From contig JAZKDQ010000007.1 of the NCBI GenBank assembly GCA_040387495.1, positions 11,933 to 75,932 on the forward strand: a DNA stretch of 64,000 bases, read 5' to 3'. The notes beneath the pieces were generated by a model. It was not told the origin of the DNA. It made no database searches and saw nothing but the letters and a program-made list of their open reading frames with translations. Position numbers and translations under genes: made by a program. Of this stretch, positions 58,482 through 64,000 are shown in pieces. How positions within the stretch are numbered: position 1 is the first letter of the stretch; every line of letters starts with the position of its first letter. The DNA is from Pseudomonadota bacterium. Lineage in GTDB: Bacteria; Pseudomonadota; Alphaproteobacteria; Paracaedibacterales; CAIOTO01.

Positions 58482-58573
58482 CAAATATTAATTCTTCCAT
58501 GTCAAATTCTAGATAGATGGTGGAAGTTTGTTATTTAGATTTCCTCATTTTATAGAAAATTTTGGAGGTTTAA

Positions 58574-60022
58574 ATGAAATTAAAATTAAAATTACTAGGC
58601 ACGTGTTTAGGTCTTGTTTTATCCTGCACAAATTCATATGCAGTAACTGGTGTAAGTGAATTATTAAATGGAGTGGGAGCTGGTGTAAGTGCTCTCGGTA
58701 CTAAAGTAATTTTACAAGCAAATGCAAGTGATATCGCTGCTTTGGACACAGTTGTTGTTGCTAACTTTACCACAGGGCAATTTGCAGGGTTATCTACAGT
58801 TCAAATTCCTGCATTAACAACAGCGCAACTTGCTGGCGTAACAACAGCGCAAATAGGTGCAATGACATCGGCGCAAGCTAAAGTTTTAACTTCAACACAA
58901 GTTGCGGCTCTTCCTTCCATTAGCAATATGGGGTCAGCTGTTATTACAGCTATAACCACAGCGGCACTTCCAAGTTTACCAACATCACTACTCACTACGT
59001 TAACAACAGCACAAATTGCTGCATTGACAGCAGCGCAAGTGGGTGTTTTATCAGCAGGACAAGCTTCTGCATTAACAACCACACAAATGCCTGCATTAGG
59101 AACAGCACAGCTTGCGGCCATGACTTCGGCACAATTTGCTGCTTTATCATCAACTCAAATTAATACATTGTCAAATTCAGGTGTTGCAAGCCTTGGATCA
59201 GCAAAAATAGCAGCCATGCCAACTTCAGTGATGAGTGGTCTATCAACAGCTTTAGTTCCTTATATAGTTGACACAGTGATACCATATATGACAACAGCTC
59301 AAATAGCTGCGATACAATCTGCCCAATTAGCCGTTTTAGACCTGACACAAGTCAACGCCCTTACATCGGCCCAATTAAGTGCTATAGGTAGTGCTGTATT
59401 TTCAGCATTGACTTCTCGTCAAATCCCTGCTTTGCATACAGCAGCACTTGCTGGCATACCTACTTCAGTGATGAGCGCTATAACCCTTGCACAAATTACA
59501 GCACTAAACACAGCTCAATTAAATGCTTTGTCATCAGCTCAAATAAACTCCATACCATCTGGAACCTTTTCCACATTAACAACAGCGTCAACGGGGCAAA
59601 TCCCCAGTTTACCGACATCGCTCATTGCAAATCTTCCAACCACCCTATTAACAGGTTTAGGAACAAGCTTAACTGCTTTAACATCAACTCAAGTAAATGC
59701 CTTGACATCTACACAGCTCAGCGCAATGACAACAAGTGTAACAAGTTTATCTTCATCCGGTATTCGAGGACTTAATTCTAACAATATTGCTGGCTTAACC
59801 ACAGCAGCATTAGCTGGGTTAACATCAGCAAAGATCCAGGCAATACCTACTGCTGCTATACCTGGTGTGGACTTTGGTGCAGCGATTGCAGCAAATATCA
59901 CAGCACTTTTAACAAATACTACTGGCTTCACCACTGCGCAACAACGTGCATTTACTACGAAACAATTTGGTGCTACAAACTTTGATACATCTGTGTTTGC
60001 TACTTGGTTAACACAACACTAA
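58574..60022 (+). CDS. Secreted (possibly lipidated) protein made of ~45 degenerate octapeptide repeats [LMV]-[TS]-[TSA]-[AT]-Q-[ILVF]-x-[AGV]
   Basis: 482 aa. Signal peptide with a VLSC lipobox-like site or an SYA/V cleavage site. Runs such as LTTAQLAG VTTAQIGA MTSAQAKV LTSTQVAA ... LTTAQIAA LTAAQVGV LSAGQASA LTTTQMPA LGTAQLAA MTSAQFAA. Confidence 0.8.
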   Translation: MKLKLKLLGTCLGLVLSCTNSYAVTGVSELLNGVGAGVSALGTKVILQANASDIAALDTVVVANFTTGQFAGLSTVQIPALTTAQLAGVTTAQIGAMTSAQAKVLTSTQVAALPSISNMGSAVITAITTAALPSLPTSLLTTLTTAQIAALTAAQVGVLSAGQASALTTTQMPALGTAQLAAMTSAQFAALSSTQINTLSNSGVASLGSAKIAAMPTSVMSGLSTALVPYIVDTVIPYMTTAQIAAIQSAQLAVLDLTQVNALTSAQLSAIGSAVFSALTSRQIPALHTAALAGIPTSVMSAITLAQITALNTAQLNALSSAQINSIPSGTFSTLTTASTGQIPSLPTSLIANLPTTLLTGLGTSLTALTSTQVNALTSTQLSAMTTSVTSLSSSGIRGLNSNNIAGLTTAALAGLTSAKIQAIPTAAIPGVDFGAAIAANITALLTNTTGFTTAQQRAFTTKQFGATNFDTSVFATWLTQH

Positions 60023-60064
60023 TTAAAGTATTTAATTTAATATTGATTCACGAGATTTACAATT

Positions 60065-60094
60065 TACGGGGGTGCTGAACCCCCGTATTTTTTT
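60065..60094 (+). terminator. Rho-independent terminator (tacggggg-tgctgaa-cccccgta followed by T7)
   Basis: 8-bp GC-rich stem, 7-nt loop and T-run, 43 nt after the stop at 60022. Confidence 0.85.
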
Positions 60095-60343
60095 ATACAT
60101 AAAAAGTATGGAGGATTTCTATAAACTCTCCTTTTGTCTATAATCCCGGGCTCAATCCTCCGTGCTCTGTTGTACTTCACTGTTAAATCGACGTTCTTTT
60201 AAAAGTTTTTTACTCATTTTTATAAAAACAAGAAGTTTTTGCACACCACTTATCATTAAATTTTATCTAAAATTTTATATTGTAAATCCCCTCAAAATCT
60301 TCCATTCTTGTAGTATAGTTATTATTAGTTTTAGGAAAATTTT

Positions 60344-62887
60344 ATGAAAAAGAAGTCGTTTATTCTTCCCTTACTTATGTCCACATCTCTTACGTGCGGG
60401 ACTGTGTTAGCAGCAACAGAAGATCAATCAGAAAATGTCCTGTCTGGAGAATTGCAATCAGTAGTTGTCGTAACAAAAGATCAGCCAGAAACTGTTTTGC
60501 ATGAAAAATCAAAATCAACACTAACAACAGAAGATCCTACAGGAAATATTTTATATGGGGGCCAACAAGCACATGAATTTTTTCAAAAGCAAGGCTTAAA
60601 TATAGCGTATTTTCTTGCATGTAAAATAGAGCAAAGATGTAGTTTTGACACGATTCATGAAGATGCAGCAAACCTTCGAAAGGATGTTGCTAAGAAAACA
60701 AATACACTAAATGCAGAAGATTTTGGCATTTCGCGCACCCCAGAAAGCGTGCCGTGGGCCGCTGGAGCGACCACACCTGTTTTGCAATACCCAGATATGA
60801 CAAAAACACTTATTTCACATTTATTGCACCTATCAGAAACAGAAGAATTTACCCCACTTAGTGATGAACTTGAATATCGCTATCGCACTCATACAGTTGC
60901 TGAATGGGTCGATCTTGCTGAAAGTGAACACACTGAAAACAATCAATTAAAGACATTTTTATACCGTGTTTTCACTGGACAACGGGATCCTCAAAATAAA
61001 GATGGTTGTATGTGGTTCTTTGATAAAGAAAAAGATTGGGTTGATATTAATGGTGCTAAGGCATTCCAACCGAATCCACTAACTATGCACCGATACAGTC
61101 GATGGCTTAAAGCTGCATATGAAATGAAACTAAATAAGGAAGATCCTTATGATCTATCTGGAAAAGTAGATATTACACTTTCTTACATTGAAGTACGATT
61201 TAAAGACACGGATGTGCACTCACGCGGCTTCATGTTTCCAAACGATAAAGATAGCACGGCCGAAGTTTCTGATCGCCCTTTTGCACTTTGTCATCCGCCA
61301 ACAAATAGTGTGGAATATCATTTAGGGAAATGTCGCTCTGCTTTTGAGGCAGCGCGCCGTTCCACAGGTGATAAGAAAACAAAAATTATGAAAATTCTTG
61401 ATTTTATGCACATATGGTCCATAACTATGCCCTATGCTAGAGGATCAGCGGCCGACAATGAATTTATTACTAATGCATTGTTTATTCATCACAATTTAGG
61501 TTTACCAAAACGGGATATTCTGAAAAAAGCAGATGAATATGCACAAGCATCTTTCACCTCTAAGCAATTTATAGACAAAATGCTTGAGTTGGGCATCGAA
61601 GAATTAGATCCATTCCCCTTTACAATGGAAGAATTCTTAAAGTCATTGCTTCCTGAAACGCTCACTGAACAAGCCGCCAAATTAAGAGAAATTGAAGAGA
61701 AACAAAAAGAAGCAGAATTAGCTAAAAGTAAGCTTGCCCAAAAAGAATATCCCGACTCAATTTTTGGCGTATCAGCAAAGCCTGGCATGTATGTATTGGA
61801 TACCTTAATTCATCATTTGGGAGCAAATGCGCCATACTTTGATCTTTTAAATTACATTAGTGGATACATCAAAGGTATTGTATCAAGAATACCAGGAATT
61901 GATGCAGATGCTTATCAAAGACTGCAAGCACCTCTCTCAAAATTGGCACCATGCGAAGAAGCATTCAATGCTGCACTTACGTATCAAAGTGATGACGCAA
62001 CGACATACAAAAACATCAAGAGCTACTATAACTTATACAATGAAACAAAGCCTTATGCTGAAGGAACAGAACTTGTAAATAATTTATTATTCCAAGCTTT
62101 ATGTTTACACCATAATATCGTCCCACAGTTAATGGATGGCAATTCATTAATCACTCCATTACAACCAGATGCTCCACTAGCATACCCACTATTTAAAGGT
62201 CGCCATGTGGTTGCTTCTACTCAAGAAACGGCTGACAGAATAAGTGGTTATTTAAATGAAACATTTGATCCAGAAGCACGCGAAACACCATTATGCAAAA
62301 TAATGAAGGACTGCAATTCTGATAAAAGTACCGTTCATAATTACACGAAAATGTATAATTTCTTGCTTCAAAATAAGCGTGACGCAGCAACAAACGTTTT
62401 TGAAATCGGAATTGGATCCACCGATCCTCAGTTTGCCTATACAATGGGGCCAAATGGTACTGCAGGCGCATCTTTACGTGGATGGCGCGAGTTTTTCCCG
62501 AATGCACACATTTACGGCGCAGACATTGATAAAGCTGCATTGTTTCAAGAAGACCGTATTAGCACCCATTTTGTAGATCAATTGAATACAGGGACGATCA
62601 AAGAAATGTTTGAACAAATCCCTGCAAAACTCTTTGACGTAATGGTTGATGATGGACTGCATTGTTTTGAGGCGAATGATATTTTCTTTAAAGCTGCACT
62701 TGATAAGTTAGCGCCTGGTGGCGTTTATATTATCGAAGACATTGCACCACGGGGAGTTCCTCTTGTTTTGAAATTACTTGAAGAAATTTCTGGCGAATAT
62801 GATGCAGCATTTATTCAATTGCCGACTGTGCCTGCACGATATGACAATAATATCTTTGTAGTATTTAAAAAAGCAATAGAGGCTTAA
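60344..62887 (+). CDS. Large secreted multidomain protein: unknown N-terminal region, internally duplicated ~55-aa module (degenerate Fic-like P-Y-x-x-G motif), C-terminal class I SAM-dependent methyltransferase domain
   Basis: 847 aa. Signal peptide MKKKSFILPLLMSTSLTCGTVLA. The C-terminal ~190 aa contain VFEIGIG (motif I-like), YGADID, VMVDDGLH and GGVYIIEDI. Confidence 0.8.
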   Translation: MKKKSFILPLLMSTSLTCGTVLAATEDQSENVLSGELQSVVVVTKDQPETVLHEKSKSTLTTEDPTGNILYGGQQAHEFFQKQGLNIAYFLACKIEQRCSFDTIHEDAANLRKDVAKKTNTLNAEDFGISRTPESVPWAAGATTPVLQYPDMTKTLISHLLHLSETEEFTPLSDELEYRYRTHTVAEWVDLAESEHTENNQLKTFLYRVFTGQRDPQNKDGCMWFFDKEKDWVDINGAKAFQPNPLTMHRYSRWLKAAYEMKLNKEDPYDLSGKVDITLSYIEVRFKDTDVHSRGFMFPNDKDSTAEVSDRPFALCHPPTNSVEYHLGKCRSAFEAARRSTGDKKTKIMKILDFMHIWSITMPYARGSAADNEFITNALFIHHNLGLPKRDILKKADEYAQASFTSKQFIDKMLELGIEELDPFPFTMEEFLKSLLPETLTEQAAKLREIEEKQKEAELAKSKLAQKEYPDSIFGVSAKPGMYVLDTLIHHLGANAPYFDLLNYISGYIKGIVSRIPGIDADAYQRLQAPLSKLAPCEEAFNAALTYQSDDATTYKNIKSYYNLYNETKPYAEGTELVNNLLFQALCLHHNIVPQLMDGNSLITPLQPDAPLAYPLFKGRHVVASTQETADRISGYLNETFDPEARETPLCKIMKDCNSDKSTVHNYTKMYNFLLQNKRDAATNVFEIGIGSTDPQFAYTMGPNGTAGASLRGWREFFPNAHIYGADIDKAALFQEDRISTHFVDQLNTGTIKEMFEQIPAKLFDVMVDDGLHCFEANDIFFKAALDKLAPGGVYIIEDIAPRGVPLVLKLLEEISGEYDAAFIQLPTVPARYDNNIFVVFKKAIEA

Positions 62888-63127
62888 AGAATCTAATTTT
62901 ACCCCTTATTTTGGAAACAGAATGAGGGGATACTCATTGCTGCTTATTTCTCTTGCAATTAATTACTGGACCCACTTATACTAAGAGTGGTTTTTTAATA
63001 TGATCGTTCAACATGACGCGCCATTCTCTTTTTAACGCTTATCATACATATTTTCGATTTAGCCCCTTTATATGGCAATTTCGAACAGTAGGGTGTGAAT
63101 TAAAGCAAAATGAAAGTGAATGTTACA

Positions 63128-64000
63128 ATGAAAAAAAATCTCAAAATCATCTTAATCAGTGTTAGTCTTTTAGCTGCCATTAGCTATCTCCTTTTAAAAA
63201 AATCTGCGACTACAGTTGATGAATCAAAACCCGATCTTCCCCTTGTTTGTTTATCACAAGTGATTGAACATCCAGCCCTGGATGAAGAACGACGCGGCAT
63301 TATTGATGCACTTAAAACTGCCGGTTATATCGATGGGAAAACCATTAAAATTATTTACCAAAACGCCCAAGGGAATTTAGCAACCGCTGCACAAATTGCA
63401 CAGATGCAAGCAGCGCAAAACCCAGCTGTGTTGGTTGGCATTTCAACATCATCCGCACAAGCATTACTTCCTATTGCAACAGCACAAAAGATCCCACTTG
63501 TCTTTACAGCAGTGACTAATCCGTATGATGCAAAGTTGGTTAAATCAGCCGATGCACCTGTTAATGGCGAGAATACTGTTTTTGGTATATCCGATGCGCT
63601 GCCCCTTAACAGTCAAGTAACGCTCATGCGAGAATTTTTGCCTAATCTTAAAACAATCGGTGTGATCTATAATGCAGGCGAAGTCAATTCAACACACATG
63701 GTGAATGAACTCAAAACGTTATGCGAAAAAGATAATCTTACATTGGTCCCAGCCATTGCCACAAAAACAGGTGATGTTGCAGGTGCAACGCAAAGCCTTA
63801 TTGGACGCGTTGATGCGATTTACGTACCAAATGATAACACAGCCGTTTCAGCCATGAGCAGTATCGTACAAGTCGCTGAAAAAGCAAATGTCCCCCTCTT
63901 CGCAGGTGACACCGGATCGGTGCAAAATGGTGCACTTGCAACCCGCGGGTATGATCGCTTTAAGCTTGGACAAAAAACAGGTGCGCTTATCATACGTATC
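63128..64000 (+). CDS. ABC transporter substrate-binding protein (ABC_sub_bind / PF04392-like); its 3' end runs off the window
   Basis: My own translation: MKKNLKIILISVSLLAAISYLL...VCLSQVIEHPALDEERRGIIDALKTAGYIDGKTIKIIYQNAQGNLATAAQIAQ...VLVGISTSSAQAL. There is an alternative in-frame ATG at 63110. Confidence 0.75.
   Translation, partial: MKKNLKIILISVSLLAAISYLLLKKSATTVDESKPDLPLVCLSQVIEHPALDEERRGIIDALKTAGYIDGKTIKIIYQNAQGNLATAAQIAQMQAAQNPAVLVGISTSSAQALLPIATAQKIPLVFTAVTNPYDAKLVKSADAPVNGENTVFGISDALPLNSQVTLMREFLPNLKTIGVIYNAGEVNSTHMVNELKTLCEKDNLTLVPAIATKTGDVAGATQSLIGRVDAIYVPNDNTAVSAMSSIVQVAEKANVPLFAGDTGSVQNGALATRGYDRFKLGQKTGALIIRI

Noticed and set aside
58801-59934. Minus-strand ORFs 58801..59121, 59160..59348 and 59689..59934
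   Set aside because: They are open only because the octapeptide-repeat gene on the plus strand is compositionally biased (GCN/ACN/CAA codons). They have no start context and no independent features.
1-64000. Other overlapping or antisense track ORFs (for example 396..587, 1645..1947, 5828..6208, 11065..11460, 19651..19993, 20358..20708, 49304..49696, 57430..57657) and any mobile elements, prophage or rRNA
   Set aside because: All are nested in or antisense to strongly supported genes and lack motifs. I saw no transposase, integrase, phage structural or rRNA-like sequence anywhere in the window.

Overview
This is a visibly AT-rich bacterial window with alphaproteobacterial gene content and order: tsaD, mltG, cca, rimI, hemC, gatCAB, thrC, the bamA-skp-lpxD-fabZ-lpxA block, uppP, trmB, ppa, tamB and rnc. 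Between these housekeeping islands sit many orphan genes for signal-peptide proteins, several of them repetitive or eukaryote-like: LRR+ankyrin, a papain-like protease, an inverse autotransporter and a large methyltransferase fusion. That mix is typical of intracellular, amoeba-associated Rickettsiales or Holosporales-like symbionts, but this taxonomic guess is inference only. Two tRNAs are present, Val-GAC and Arg-ACG, both with encoded CCA. I found no rRNA, CRISPR array, transposase or prophage genes. The main non-routine observations follow. (1) A ~1 kb non-coding gap holds two 232-bp direct repeats that together carry six perfect DnaA boxes, making it a candidate oriC. (2) Three secreted-protein genes share a C-terminal C-x5-C-x-W-x6-7-C module, and all three also share an upstream TTAAC-N6-TTAAT box (CtrA-type TTAA-N7-TTAA) at nearly the same distance from the start codon. 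(3) A family of GC-rich palindromic intergenic elements occurs at four loci, including both flanks of rnc. (4) Three accessory genes are interrupted by single in-frame stop codons, and a G10 tract lies at the 5' end of an LRR/ankyrin effector-like gene. (5) An inverse autotransporter has a passenger built from His/Cys-rich repeats. A ~45-copy octapeptide-repeat protein sits next to an 847-aa secreted protein with an internal duplication resembling a degenerate Fic motif and a C-terminal SAM-methyltransferase domain. All homology calls come from motif recognition by eye; no searches were run.
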